A program made the translations under genes and the position numbers. A stretch of DNA of 64,000 bases from Octopus sinensis. Its lineage: Eukaryota. Location of the stretch: positions 60,512,001-60,576,000 of the forward strand of contig NC_042999.1 in the NCBI RefSeq assembly GCF_006345805.1, written 5' to 3'. How positions within the stretch are numbered: the stretch's first letter is position 1; the number at the start of each line of letters is the position of its first letter. Shown piece by piece: positions 50,692 to 63,443 of this stretch. The notes beneath the pieces were generated by a model that did not search any database, was not told the origin of the DNA, and saw nothing but the letters and a program-made list of their open reading frames with translations.

Positions 50692-50820
50692 TTAAGTTAA
50701 TGGTAAGATAACAAAAGAATGAATGAGACCTCGATGTTCTTGTAAATAGAGGAATTTATCTGTAATATATGTGACAATCATTCGGTTGCCATAATAAGAC
50801 TCAGAGTTTCTGATGTCACA
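50692..50820 (-). repeat. PLE-LTR-like repeat carrying the 3' half of a hammerhead (GAAAC-TCTGA-GTC)
   Basis: Similar to 63165-63280 (GGTAAGA..ACAAAAGAATGAA..GAG...AATTTATCTGTAA...GTGACAAT). Confidence 0.65.
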
Positions 50821-50869
50821 TATTATATTACACACACACACACATATATATATATATTCTCTTTCTCTT

Positions 50870-51289
50870 TCTCTTTCTCTTTTACTTGTTTCAGTCATTT
50901 GACTGCGGCCATGCTGGAGCACCGCCTTTAATCGAGCAACTCGACCCCGGAACTTATTCTTTGTAAGCCCAGTACTTTTTCTTTGTAAGCCCAGTACTTA
51001 TTCTATCGGTCTCTTTTGCCGAACCGCTAAGTGACGGGGACATAAACACACCCGCATCAGTTGTCAAGCAATGCTAGGGGGACAAACACAGACACACAAA
51101 CACATACACATATATATATATACATATATACGACGGGCTTCTTTCAGTTTCCGTCTACCAAATCCACTCACAAGGCTTTGGTCGACCCGAGGCTATAGTA
51201 GAAGACACTTGCCAAGGTGCCACGCAGTGGGACTGAACCCGGAACCATGTGGTTGGTAAACAAGCTACTTACCACACAGCCACTCCTGC
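50870..51289 (-). mobile_element. SINE family S1, full length, with a ~21-bp internal duplication
   Basis: S1 consensus; TTCTTTGTAAGCCCAGTACTT occurs twice at ~50957-50999. Confidence 0.92.
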
Positions 51290-51327
51290 ATCTATAATAT
51301 ATATATATATTATATATATTATATATA

Positions 51328-51381
<54 letters not shown>

Positions 51382-51477
51382 GTATGTATACATATATATA
51401 TATATATAATACATATATATACATACATAATATATATATATATATATACATATACATACATATATATACATATACAC

Positions 51478-51539
<62 letters not shown>

Positions 51540-51564
51540 AATATATATATATATATAATATATA

Positions 51565-51697
51565 TATATACGAAATCCACGCACAAGGCTTCGGTCGGCC
51601 CAATGCTATTCTAGAAGACACTAGCTGAAGGTGCCACACTGTGTGACGGAACCCGGACTCATGAGGTTGGGAAGCAAGCTTCTTACCACACACCTCC
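51565..51697 (-). mobile_element. SINE family S1, 5' part, diverged
   Basis: AAATCCACGCACAAGGCTTCGGTCGGCCC...AAGCAAGCTTCTTACCACACA. Confidence 0.75.
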
Positions 51698-52329
51698 ACC
51701 AGCGCCTATAAATAGAATAGAATCTGAAAGAACCGAAAATTGTTAGTACTGAATTCACTGAGAAAGTGTCAATACTCTCCAAGCAAATCTTTTCTACTTT
51801 CTTGTGCATTTCTGTTCTGAGCACCAACCTAAAGCAACAAGACCGTCTCGGTATGTAGTTGGGTTTGCTGGACATAGAACTCAAATGCTTAAAATCATAC
51901 CATATCGTTTTAAAACTTCAAACTGGGAAATGTATAAACCACCGCAATAATTAACAATTATCAAGATTATTAAAACCTTTCTTAACCATGACCAAAGGGG
52001 AACAAAACAACGAGAAGATTGTTTTTATTTTGATTCCATAATGGAAAAGTGATGTGTAATTTTGAAAAATACTCTATCTCAAAAAGAAAACCATGTTTCT
52101 GAAACATCTCTGACGTTCTGATACCGATTTCATCACATCAACTTTTCTTTATTTACACTAATTTACCATTTCTCTCCCAATGTATATGTTATGCATTTCG
52201 CTTCCAACATATTTCTTGAATTTGGAAAGAAGTTGACTGGCGCTGACTAGATTGTAGCATTTTCATTATTCCTGCTTATGAAAAATGGAAAACTAAACGA
52301 GCAACAATTCTTCAATTCAGTGTAATATT

Positions 52330-52535
52330 GATTTCAAATTTTGACAGAAGACCAGCAATTTCGAAGAAGGGAATAGGTCGATTATGTCGACCTCAGTGCT
52401 TAAATGGTATTTGCTTTATCGACCCTGAAAGGGATGAAAGACAAAGTCAACTTCATCTGAATTTGGACTCAGAACGTAAATTCGGACGAAATGCCGCTAA
52501 GGATCTTGCTGAAGATTTTGACAGCTTACCGTCTT
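52330..52535 (-). mobile_element. Old S2-type SINE
   Basis: TTTATCGACCCTGAAAGGGATGAAAGACAAAGTCAAC...GGACTCAGAACGTAA. Confidence 0.75.
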
Positions 52536-52549
52536 AATTCTGTGTAATA

Positions 52550-52953
52550 TTTATTTCTTTATTGCCCACAGGGGCTAAACATAGAGGGGACAAACAAAGA
52601 CAGACAAAAGGGATTGAGTCGATTGCATCGACCCCCGTGCGTAACTGGTACTTATTTAATCCACCTCGAAAGGATGAAAGGCAAAGTCAACCTCGGCAGA
52701 ATTTGAACTCAGAACGTAACGGCAGACGAAATACCTATTTCTTTACTACACACAAGGCGATAAACAGAGAGGACAAACAAGGATAGACAAACGGATTACG
52801 TGGAGTATATCGACCCCAGTGCGTAACTGGTACTTATTTAATCTACCCCGAAAGGATGAAAGGCAAAGTCGACCTCAGCGGAATCTGAACTCAGAATGTA
52901 ACGGCAGACGAAATACCTCGAAGCATTTCGCCCGGCGTGTTAACGATTCTGCA
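52550..52953 (-). mobile_element. SINE family S2: one head followed by two tandem body units
   Basis: Junction GTAAAGAAATAGGT|ATTTCGTCTGCCG on the minus strand at 52733/52732, the same as in the tetramer at 21.3-22.1 kb. Confidence 0.88.
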
Positions 52954-54795
52954 AGTAATATTGAAGAACTAAAGAGGAACAGGGACAAGTGTAGAATGCA
53001 TTTAACACATTGAGTATCTCTATATTTCAAAGTGTATTTTTGATGTGCTAGAATGTTGCCACTTCTTCCAACATAACAATGCACTTATATAAAACTGTTT
53101 TCTTTTCTCCATCAAAAACTCGTGTTTTAAAACATTGCTGATGTAGGAAAAATTTTCGGTCATTGTATTGAATTGTAGTTTCTGCATTTTTCATTTATAT
53201 CTTTAATTTCTTGACAGGGATAGTGCATCGTGCCATATTTCCCACTGTCTTAAACATTTTGACGACGACTACTTCATATTTCTGATATCATGAAAACGTA
53301 GAAACTCATCAGTTACTTCATGAACTCAGCTGTCAATTTTTTAGCAGCACATATAGATAACATATTTTGCAGCTTGTTACATTTTCTTTATCTATAAAAA
53401 CAATATCGCATCTATGCTGGTTTCGCTACATTATTTTACGTAATTTTTGTTATCCTATTAATATTGCGTTTTACTTTTCACCTCGAGATATTGACTTCAT
53501 TTCTTCCTTCACTACACTTTAAACATGTTCTCTAGCATTTTTTTTTTTCATTTTCTTTCATCTTCATTGTAACGCCTTAGTTTCTGTTTGGTACAGTTGC
53601 ACAGCATACTTCATTCAAAGTATATTAACAGAGATTGACTCACATCTTGGCTTCGTTTTGCTTCATTAGGCTTCATTGACGTAAAAAATAAAAGCGAAGT
53701 TACGTCGAAGAGAAGTGAATGATGCAAATTGGCTGGGATTTCATTTGCAATATTTATTTTGTCAGATGTTATGCATACAAACTTGTATCATTCCAGCAAG
53801 AATTTTTATGTATAAAAAAAAAACAACTATGCAAAAATATATGGATGCGAATACGCATGATTGTGTTAGCATGAGAAGTGATGCATTTGTGTGGTTATAT
53901 CCATATGAAGGCATCAGTACGTTTGTTATAGTACATTACATAACACTACAGTGTGTATAAATTTCTATTCATTCACTCTACATGCACATAATATTTATGA
54001 AATTATCTATAGTTTAGCTAGAGAAGATATGATATCTAGTTAGCCATAACGCATGCATTTGGCAATGCATACGCACACACACACAAACACACACTCGTAC
54101 ACACATATACACACATATGCATGAAATAGTAAGCGGCTGTGTTTACAAACGGGGAAACATACTCAATAGACATTTTATTAGAAGCTGAAGCAACTTTTTC
54201 TATCTTTCAAGCCATTAAAAGTTAATGCCTTCAAAGACAGATTATATTCCCTCATGCACAACTATATTCATAAATGAAATATATATATGTTAAAAACATA
54301 AGACGAAATGCATGTGATAATTCTCCTCATAATTTAAATGTTCATTTTACTATTACTTGGATTCTACGATGCTGCATAAATAAACTTTTCGTTTCTCTTA
54401 AATGTTGCATTATATTGTGCTACAATTACACCAAAAATTTTGCAGCCAATATTAAGAGTACAAGTAGAAGAATTATATACCAATATGGACAGACAAATCT
54501 GTTTTTTTTTTAATTGCAACAACACTAACACCTGCTTTTTAGTCGGAATATGTGTCTCTAAAACATTTCGGTATAAGTATGTTTGCTTTTCAGATGACAT
54601 GGACACAAGCAGCTATATATGAGTTACTGAACCTTCGTTTGAAAAGTGTTCTGGCGACATTTGTCTACAATAAGAAACATAGAATGACAAGTTACCACAT
54701 TAGTATCGCAATATACAAAGAGTATGTGAAAATAGAAATTATATCTTCGATTGGTTCACTGCGAATGTTGATACACATATAAATATATATACATA

Positions 54796-54949
54796 TATAC
54801 GACGGGCTTCTTTCAGTTTCCGTCTACAAGGCTTTTGTCGGCCCGGGGCTATAGTAGAAGAGACTTGCCCAAGGTGCCACGCAGTGTGACTGAACACGGA
54901 ACCATGTGGTTGGTAAGCAAGCTACTTACCACACAGCTACTCCTACGCT
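54796..54949 (-). mobile_element. SINE family S1, 5' part
   Basis: ACGACGGGCTTCTTTCAGTTTCCGTCTAC...GCTACTTACCACACAGCTACTCCTACGC. Confidence 0.85.
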
Positions 54950-56084
54950 TATATTGCGTAAATTAATTTAAAATATACGTACATACATTCATTCATCCAT
55001 ACATACACACATTCATGCATACAAACATATATACGCAAGCACACACACACATACTGGCACGCACACATACGCATGCAACAAGGTCTCAAGAAGAAAAACG
55101 CAGACTCCGTATCGGACTAAATCAAAAGCCATTGAAAACGTTTCAAGTAGCAACGAAAGAGCTTTGGTAGGCAGAAACACAACCATTAACTTACTGTTTA
55201 ACCAAATTAAACAAACAAGCGATTAGTTGACTGGGTATTTAACCAATTGTCTAATGATAAAGGAGTGGAATTTAATCAGAGCGTGGGTTAATAATATTGG
55301 CATAATGACTCTCCCTAGACACAAGAAAATAAATAGCTTCGTCTCCTGTATTTACAAGCGATAAATACATTGTTAAGTCTACGTAAACTTTTAGCTATTA
55401 TTGTGTCTTTTTTATACTGTGTAAAAAGTGATCCTATTAGATCGAGCTTTCTCTGTGTGTGTGTGCGCGCGTGCGTGTGTGTGTGTGTGCGTGTGTGTGT
55501 ATGTGCGTGCGTGTGAGTGTGTTTTTGAAGGCGAATGGCTCTAAATTTAATTTCATCTTGCGATGGGTTTGTTTTCTGTATCTTGGGACATTAGTTCCCT
55601 TTCATCATAACATGTGTGTTTCGTCGACGGAGGCAGTTTCCTCTTCCTAGTCAGTGTATCCACTTCATTTCTTAAAAAATCTTTAAATCTATTTCGTCCC
55701 GCTGGAAGTCTAGCTTATCCTATTTTAAAGAAGTCAGCTTCTCCCATCGGCCTCCTCGTGTATCCTTCCTCATAAATAGATGAAGAGGAACTCTTATGAG
55801 AGAGTACTTTCTTGCCGTTCATAAAAGCTGTTGTTTCTATAATGGATTATTCTCTTGTTTGACTCGGATTTTATTTTATTGCCCCTCGGCAAAAAGGCAA
55901 AGTTAACCTCTGTGTGTTTGACTTCAGAACATATAAAGGCAGAACGAATATCGCGATCTATTTCATACAATATCCTAACGATTCTGACAATATGCTCCTC
56001 CATACTAATTTCTAATATCAATAAAAACAATATGCTTCAATGTCAAGGAGAAGATTGAAATCACGACTATTACTTTTCAAATAC

Positions 56085-56118
<34 letters not shown>

Positions 56119-56338
56119 ATGTTGGTGTGTCTGTGTTTGTCCCCTAACATCGCTTGACAACAAATGCTGGTATGTTTACGTCCCCGTAACTTAGCGGTTC
56201 GACAAAAGCGACCGATAGAATAAGTACTGGGCTTACAAAGAATAAGTCCTGGGATCGATCTGCTCGAGTAAAGGCGGTGCTCCAGCATAGCCACAGTCAA
56301 ATGACTGCAACAAGTAAAAGAGTACAAAGAGTACATAT
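56085..56338 (+). mobile_element. SINE family S1, 3' half
   Basis: GTCCCCTAACATCGCTTGACAAC...GGCGGTGCTCCAGCATAGCCACAGTCAAATGACTG. Confidence 0.88.
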
Positions 56339-56514
56339 GGAAATGCAGTTATAACTTATCCATTGCTATGGAGACAAAAGTATACAGCATACACTATATA
56401 TAGATATATATATGCGTGTGTGTGCGTGTGTATGCGTATGTGTGTGTGTGTATTTGTGTGTGTTTGTGTTACACAAAGTTCCAGATGTTTTGGATGATCA
56501 CTCCAAATTAAATA

Positions 56515-56645
56515 CGAGATGCATTAGAAGAGTTTTGAAACTTAAGAGAGACGGGCATTAAACCTCTCTTTCACTCCCTACAGTCTGGACCTTGCACCCT
56601 ATGACTTTTAGTTGTTCCCCAGGCTGAAGAAAATCATTGAGGTGG
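56515..56645 (+). mobile_element. Mariner relic (TIR-like start joined to a C-terminal transposase piece)
   Basis: TA|CGAGATGCATTAGAAGAGTTTTGAAACT resembles a mariner TIR. The downstream frame reads PYSLDLAPYDF*LFPRLKK (compare PYSPDLAPxDFxLF). Confidence 0.55.
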
Positions 56646-56842
56646 CTGTGACAGGGGTCCTGGATCGATGTCTTCTATGGAGCCACCACGAAGTAACCGA
56701 GCGCTGGGTATGAAGGCACAGGATCACACTTTGAAGGGGATTAGAGTTTTGTACGTCCTTGAGATTGATAAATATCTCTCCTGGAAATGTCTGAAAATCT
56801 CTGGAAGGAACGCTCACTATCTGTATTTTCTTTATATATATA

Positions 56843-58186
56843 CTAGCATTATGACCCGTCGTTGCCGGGTCATAGTGCTAGTGCATGTATATACGTGTAT
56901 ATATATATGTGTACATTTTACATGTACATCTACACATAAAATACAAAATACAAAGTTATATCTTGATATCGCTATTGATAACAATACTCAAAATATATAA
57001 CAGACTGGAATTGTAGGCCCGCCTCTTGCAATTTCGATCGATTGTATCTTGTCCTCCCTCTTGTATAGAAGTGTGTTTACAATCCAGCCTACCTCTACTT
57101 CTTGGGGGACATTTTTAATTTTTATCCGGGACGTCCTACGTCCCAGATATGAAGGTAAAAATAAAATATTTCCCCTTTGCAAGTTCGAGTCGAGTACTCC
57201 CTTGAACGCTCCGTTGACTCGAACCTTGCTTCTATTGTGGCGAATTTACCGCCTCTGGTTAGATATCTTTCATAGTCGCACCAAAACACTTTTCGAAGGT
57301 GCTTTCCTCCAGGTGTTCAAATCTTTTTTTTTTCTCTACATTGTATACTTTATAGACAATAGTATTTTCTTTAATTTAATTTTTTATTTCGTTTGGTGGT
57401 GTTATCCTAGATTCACCGTCTTTGTCGGTGATCAATCCGTATTTCTTCCATTTTAATTTCAATGAGTTCGCGCCCACCGACAGCTGCAGCGAAATTCATT
57501 TTTGGACTTTCTTCTATCGAAAGCATTCTAACAAAAATGCTTCCGTGTAAACGGTGAAAATATTGTCAATTTCCCTAAACAGGGACACAATTTAATTTTT
57601 AAACAATAACCAAAGCTCCTTCTCCTAAAGGGGGAGGGTTACAGTTTACAATTATTTAACAAATGCAACACAATAATGTTTCCTTTACGAGGAACCAACA
57701 AACGTGATAACAATAGTTAAACAGTAATAATAATAACATCTGGACTATTCCATTTCTGCATGCTAATTTTATTTTTAATTTATTCCCATTCTTGTGAAAC
57801 CACTTATTCAAGTTCAAGTCATTGTTGCAATTTTATACCAATTGCTATTTTTACTTTTGTTAGGTTACGATTATATTATACTTTAGTTTGATTTTAATTA
57901 TTGCTTACTACATATAATTCAATTGTTATTATTATTTTTATTGTTAAAGTAAATGTATCTGACATAAAATAGAGAAATGTTTTTGTTTCACTTTTAACAC
58001 GTAATACTGAAATAGTGGAGAAGATATGATATTGCTATGGGCTCGCACTAGGCAAGACGTTGAACATTTTATTTGCCCATCAAATTACATGGACCCTAAG
58101 TAAGGCATGTGTAAAATTTGAATGAAATTGGTTGTGTAGTTCTCAAGTTTTAGGGAAACACACAGACAGACAGACACACATTCTCA

Positions 58187-58200
<14 letters not shown>
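56843..58200 (-). mobile_element. Non-autonomous Helitron-like element, copy 1 (~1.35 kb)
   Basis: Minus strand starts TATATAAAACTGAGAATGTGTGTCTGTCTGTC and ends ...ATGACCCG-GCAACGA-CGGGTCAT-AATG-CTAG followed by T. Collinear with 59762-60551. Confidence 0.8.
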
Positions 58201-58230
<30 letters not shown>

Positions 58231-58443
58231 CATATATATATTTACGACGAAGCTATAAGGTGATACACATCTTATATCAGAAACAACAGTGTGCTAATGA
58301 ACTTCATAATATAATTTCTTCACTTACGAGTTATATAATCTCTTATTTCTACGCGGCTAACTTTCTCCTCTGAACCATACATATATTGAGTTCCAATACA
58401 ATGTTATTAATATGTGTGTGTATGTGTGTGTGTGCGTGCGTGT

Positions 58444-58589
<146 letters not shown>

Positions 58590-58991
58590 GTGTATATCAG
58601 ATATATCATGCATAAATATATAATATGGCTGTTTGATGATATCATGAGTCTTAGTGCTGATAACAAGATTTGTTTTTGATTTCATGCTAGAATTCAATTC
58701 TGGTTTGGATTTTACAGAAAATATTTGCATTAGGATCATATTGACATATAAGTAACTCAAGCATTAGAATATATGGAAAAAAAGTGTTTGGCAGGTTTAA
58801 ACTTTGAATCATATATGTGCAGAAAGGGCGTGTAAATGTAAGAGTTAAGGAGTATGGGATAAAGATGAAAGAAAATCGGTAAAGTTTTTATATTTAAGTA
58901 ATTTTATGTTTTCAATATGTAACCAACACATTCAGAGCAATACACATACCAAAACGTATAAACAAACGACATACACACACTCATGTATACA

Positions 58992-59060
<69 letters not shown>

Positions 59061-59141
59061 ATGTATACACGAGTGTGTGTATGTCGTTTGTTTATATATA
59101 CATAAACAAAGCAATCGTGTTGCCAGCAGAATACAGAATAC

Positions 59142-59186
<45 letters not shown>

Positions 59187-59227
59187 ATATATATATATCT
59201 GTAAATGTAATATGCGACAATTATCCG

Positions 59228-59287
59228 GATAACTGAAGAGATGACGGCGTGGTTTCCACCTCGGCATCCGAAACTCGGAGTTTTATC
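59228..59287 (+). ncRNA. Type-I hammerhead ribozyme motif
   Basis: GATAA-CTGAAGA-GATG[AC GGC GTGG TTT CCAC CTCGG]CATC-C-GAAAC-TC-G-GA-GT-T-TTATC. 5-bp helix I, 4-bp helix II, near-palindromic helix III, triplet GUU. Confidence 0.72.
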
Positions 59288-59380
59288 ATGGCTACCGAAT
59301 AATTGTCACATATTACATTTACAGATAAATTCCTCTATTTACATAAAATCGAGTTCTCTTTCTTTCTTTTGTTTTTATCA

Positions 59381-59433
<53 letters not shown>

Positions 59434-59541
59434 CATACATATATAAAGGCAATCCAAACATGAAAACACAAAGAGAAAACAACGCGAGGACGTGGAACAA
59501 GTATAGTGTTATTGGACACCCAGGAAAGGAGAGAAAGGAGG

Positions 59542-59576
59542 ATTTAACGTTTCGAGCGGAGCTCTTCGTCAGAAAC
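59542..59576 (-). ncRNA. Minimal hammerhead motif in a PLE-LTR-like repeat
   Basis: Minus strand GTTT-CTGACGA-A-GAGC-TCC-GCTC-GAAAC-GT-T-AAAT; same type as 42519-42556. Confidence 0.62.
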
Positions 59577-59761
59577 ATAGGAAAAGGAAACATCCAAGGA
59601 AGGGAACACTGAGGAAAACAAATCGCCAACGATACACACGCGATCACATTTATATCGTAAGCTCGCTATATTTTAAAAAGTATGTGGTTTGGAATGGCAT
59701 TGGGTTTTCAAAAAGGGTACCATAAAAAGGTTACGAATGTAAAGTAACAAACACGAATACC

Positions 59762-60551
59762 TCTATATATATAAAACTAAGAATGTGCGTCTGTCTATGT
59801 ATTTCCCTAAAACTTGAGAACTACACAACCAATTTCATTCAAATTTTATACACGCCTTTCTTAGGGTCCGGGGAGTATCATCGGCACAAGATTTTGAACT
59901 TTTTGCTTAGGGCGAGCCCACAGCAATATCATATCTTCTCCACTACGATTCCATAAAACTTGAGAACTACACAACAAATTTCATTCAAATTTTACACATT
60001 GTCTATAATTTTACACTATTGTCTATAAAGTATACAATGTAGAGATAAAAGAAGATTTGAACACTTGGAGGAAAACACCTTCGAAAAGTGTCTTGGTGTG
60101 ACTATGAAAGATATCTAACCAGAGGCGGTAAATTCGCCACAGTTGAAGCAAGGTTCAAGTCAACGGAGAGTGCAAGGGAGTACTCGACTCGAACTTGCAA
60201 AGTGGTAATATTCTATTTTTCCCGTTATATGTGGGACGTAGGACGTCCCGGAAAAAATTTTAAATGCTCCTCCCTCCCCAGAAGTAGGGGTAGGCTGGAT
60301 TGTATCCACGCTTCTATACAAGAGGGAGGACAAGATACAATTGATCGAAATTACAAGAGACGGGCTAACAATCCCAGTCTGTTATATATTTTGAGTATTG
60401 TTATCACTAGCGATATCAAGATATAAATTTGTATTTTGTATTTTATGTGTAGGTGTGTATGCATAGATGTACATGTAATATGTACACATATATATACACA
60501 TGTGTACATGCACTAGCACTATGACCCGGCAACGACGGGTCATAATGCTAG
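59762..60551 (+). mobile_element. Non-autonomous Helitron-like element, copy 2 (~790 bp, internally deleted)
   Basis: 5' TCTATATATATAAAACTAAGAATG; 3' hairpin plus CTAG at 60548-60551, followed by T. Internal duplication of TAAAACTTGAGAACTACACAAC. Confidence 0.82.
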
Positions 60552-60607
<56 letters not shown>

Positions 60608-60622
60608 ATATATATATATATA

Positions 60623-61690
60623 CTGGTATCCCAAATTTCAGACAACCAACATTTTTCAATTTTGCCAAAGCAAAAAAAATTATAATATTTCGGGGCCGAG
60701 AGTTACATTGCAATGGTAAAGGAAATACAATTATGATACTGCCACATTTATTCGATATGTTGTTTTGAATCACAGCCTTTAATATAAGTACGGATGCTTT
60801 ACACACGATACGCGGTTGTTCTTGCGTAATCGAACCCCATTCCTCGCGCAACTTTCATTCAGACCATCGTGCGAACCATCAGAAGTGCTCGAGACCCTCG
60901 CTTCCAGAGTGGACTAAACCGAGAAATCCAGCTTGTTGAGATTGGGGCTTCGTGGGGGAACAAACATCCTTGTCTATGAACAATGGAATGGTTTTTCTGA
61001 ATCTAGTGTTGTGTCTGTTTGGAGCTGTGGGATAGTGCCGAGGCCTGATGTAGGTTCAAGGGTGCGCTTTGAATGTTCACATCCACCCAGAAGGATGTTC
61101 AACTTCCAAAACGTCATTAATGTATCGCTGTGTGTTAAGTTTAACATCCGAGGGTACAAAACCCGGGGATACATTCCAGTGGCTGTCATAGCCGCTTATA
61201 CCATAACTGGCTGTGAATTTTGTCGTCGATTTACGAATCTTCCGTCGATGGAGCGAGATACACTCCACTGTCGGTCATTCTGGTGGTTTACTGTCCAATG
61301 ACAAATTTCTTTTCTTCATTGAAGACCAGATTTAGCAGCGTGCCGACAGCAACTTAACGCAGGATAAAACGACTCCTCTCCATTCTCATGTCCTTATAAA
61401 CCAGTGTGAACACATGATGGTTGATATATCGATGTTCGGCTTATTTTTTCTGCGGCAGACAGGTTTCTGACAGAACGACTATGATTTCGCCGTATCTTTT
61501 CTCTGGTAAGTTTGATAAACTGAAGGGACGGCCTACTTCTTTTTCGGCCATGTCCAGATCACTCAGCGTTGGAAAACGTTTTGAAATTTCTTGACAATTT
61601 TCCAGACTGTTGTTCGGTTAATTTTACGACATTTTACAATAGCTGTCTTACTTTAAACTCCTTTATGGAGGGTTATGATTGTATTTCTGT
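60623..61690 (-). mobile_element. Decayed Tc1/mariner element (maT/DD37D-like)
   Basis: Minus-strand pieces INRTTVWKIVKKF, REKIRRNHSRSVR, VFNEEKKFVI, FVPSDVKLNTQRYINDVLE, REEWGSITQE...LKAVIQN. TA|CTGGTATCCCAAA terminus at 60623; the other TIR was not found. Confidence 0.75.
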
Positions 61691-61964
61691 CTATAGTCTT
61701 TATCTAATTTATAAATCTAAATTTATTTAGTCTGAAACGAAAAGAAGACGCACTAAACTTTTATAACGGTGTATAATTTTCACTTCTAATCACGTTTATT
61801 GAAGGTTACTAAAGCCCGAAACGTCGGTTGAATTAATTTCGGGACACCATACACATACACCACACACACACACACACACACACACAAACAAACACATATA
61901 TATATACACCCACAAACACACACACAAACTCAGACATGTATATATATATATAACCAGGGAGTTC

Positions 61965-62016
61965 TGGGCTGATGATAGAAGTGTCGTGTTGACTAATCTT
62001 GAAACGTACGTTCTCA
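61965..62016 (+). ncRNA. Hammerhead-like motif with palindromic helix III
   Basis: TGGG-CTGATGA-T-AGAAGT[GTCGTGTTG]ACTAATCT-T-GAAAC-GTAC-GT-T-CTCA. Helix I has one G-U pair and helix II closes with U-U. Confidence 0.5.
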
Positions 62017-62215
62017 AATAACCTTTGCACTTGATTTTTTAATGTCTCTACCCCCATATTTGCGTGAGTTGAATTGAGCAAACACTATATGAGAGAGGTT
62101 TTCTTTAAGTATTAGAAATAGTTTAAAAAAAGTTTTTTTTGGCTGCTATTTCTAATGAGTTCAGTATGCGGCAAAGTAATTTATTTTACTAAGCCCTTTT
62201 ATATAATGTAATAAT

Positions 62216-62219
<4 letters not shown>

Positions 62220-62276
<57 letters not shown>

Positions 62277-62297
62277 ATAGATAGATAGATATATAGA

Positions 62298-62333
<36 letters not shown>

Positions 62334-62347
62334 TAGATAGATTGATG

Positions 62348-62386
<39 letters not shown>

Positions 62387-62425
62387 TGATGGATAGATAG
62401 ATTGAGAGATAGATAGATAGGTATA
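62220..62425. repeat. (TA)n(GA)n(GATA)n compound microsatellite
   Basis: Direct reading. Confidence 0.95.
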
Positions 62426-63038
62426 TAGATATAAGCATGTATTGTAAATGTTACTGATATAGTGAGCTTTTGAGCTATTCAATCTTATTGTTAATGTCAT
62501 TTGTTTTATTGTTATACATATCGTACTTACCTGAGGCCAATTACACCATCAAATGACAGATCTGTTAGAGATATAACTTACCTAATGCTTATTTCGATTA
62601 CAAACACGACGAACTTTACCTTACAACTCTGTTTTCTATCGATAAAAATCTTTAGAAATTTCCACCAGTTACGAGGTAATCAAAATATATATGAATAATA
62701 AAAGCAATCGTGTTGCCAGCAGAATACAGAAAGATAGTTTCTGCTACTCATGCACATTTTCTGTGTTTTAATATTTGGTGATTCTTAGCAAAAATATGTA
62801 TCCATAAAGCTGCTTTTTGTTCAATCTTTTGATTGGCATTGATTGACTTAACTGGCGGAAAGGGTTATAAAGCTTATATGCACATATTCATGTATATTTA
62901 CACACACACAGACACACACACACATACACACACACATACACATAGATTTGTATACATCATTACATAACAACCATCTCCCCATATATATGGTACATTCATA
63001 CACACGAATATACATATATATACACTCGCACACACACA

Positions 63039-63149
<111 letters not shown>

Positions 63150-63259
63150 TACATATACATACATAAATGGTAAGACGACAAAAGAATGAAAGAGGCTTCG
63201 ATATTATGTAAATAGAATTTATCTGTAAATGTAATATGTGACAATTCTTCGGTAGCCAT

Positions 63260-63321
63260 GATAAAACTCCGAGTTTCAGATATCGGGGGGGCAAATCCAT
63301 GCCGCCACCTCTTCAGTTATC
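63260..63321 (-). ncRNA. Type-I hammerhead ribozyme motif, left arm of the fold-back
   Basis: Minus strand GATAA-CTGAAGA-GGTG...TATC-T-GAAAC-TCGGA-GT-T-TTATC. Helix II contains two G-U pairs. Confidence 0.65.
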
Positions 63322-63362
63322 CGGCCATCGAAAAAATGCTATGAAAATTGTTCCGATGGCCG

Positions 63363-63423
63363 GATAACTGAAGAGATGGCGGCGTAGATTTCAACCCCGA
63401 CATCCGAAACTCGGAGTTTTATC
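63363..63423 (+). ncRNA. Type-I hammerhead ribozyme motif, right arm of the fold-back
   Basis: GATAA-CTGAAGA-GATG...CATC-C-GAAAC-TCGGA-GT-T-TTATC. Confidence 0.72.
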
Positions 63424-63443
63424 ATGGCTACCGAAGAATTGTC

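Noticed and set aside
61799-61830. TTGAAGGTTACTAAAGCCCGAAACGTC as a hammerhead
   Set aside because: The CUGANGA half is broken and helix I cannot be formed. Probably a dead relic.
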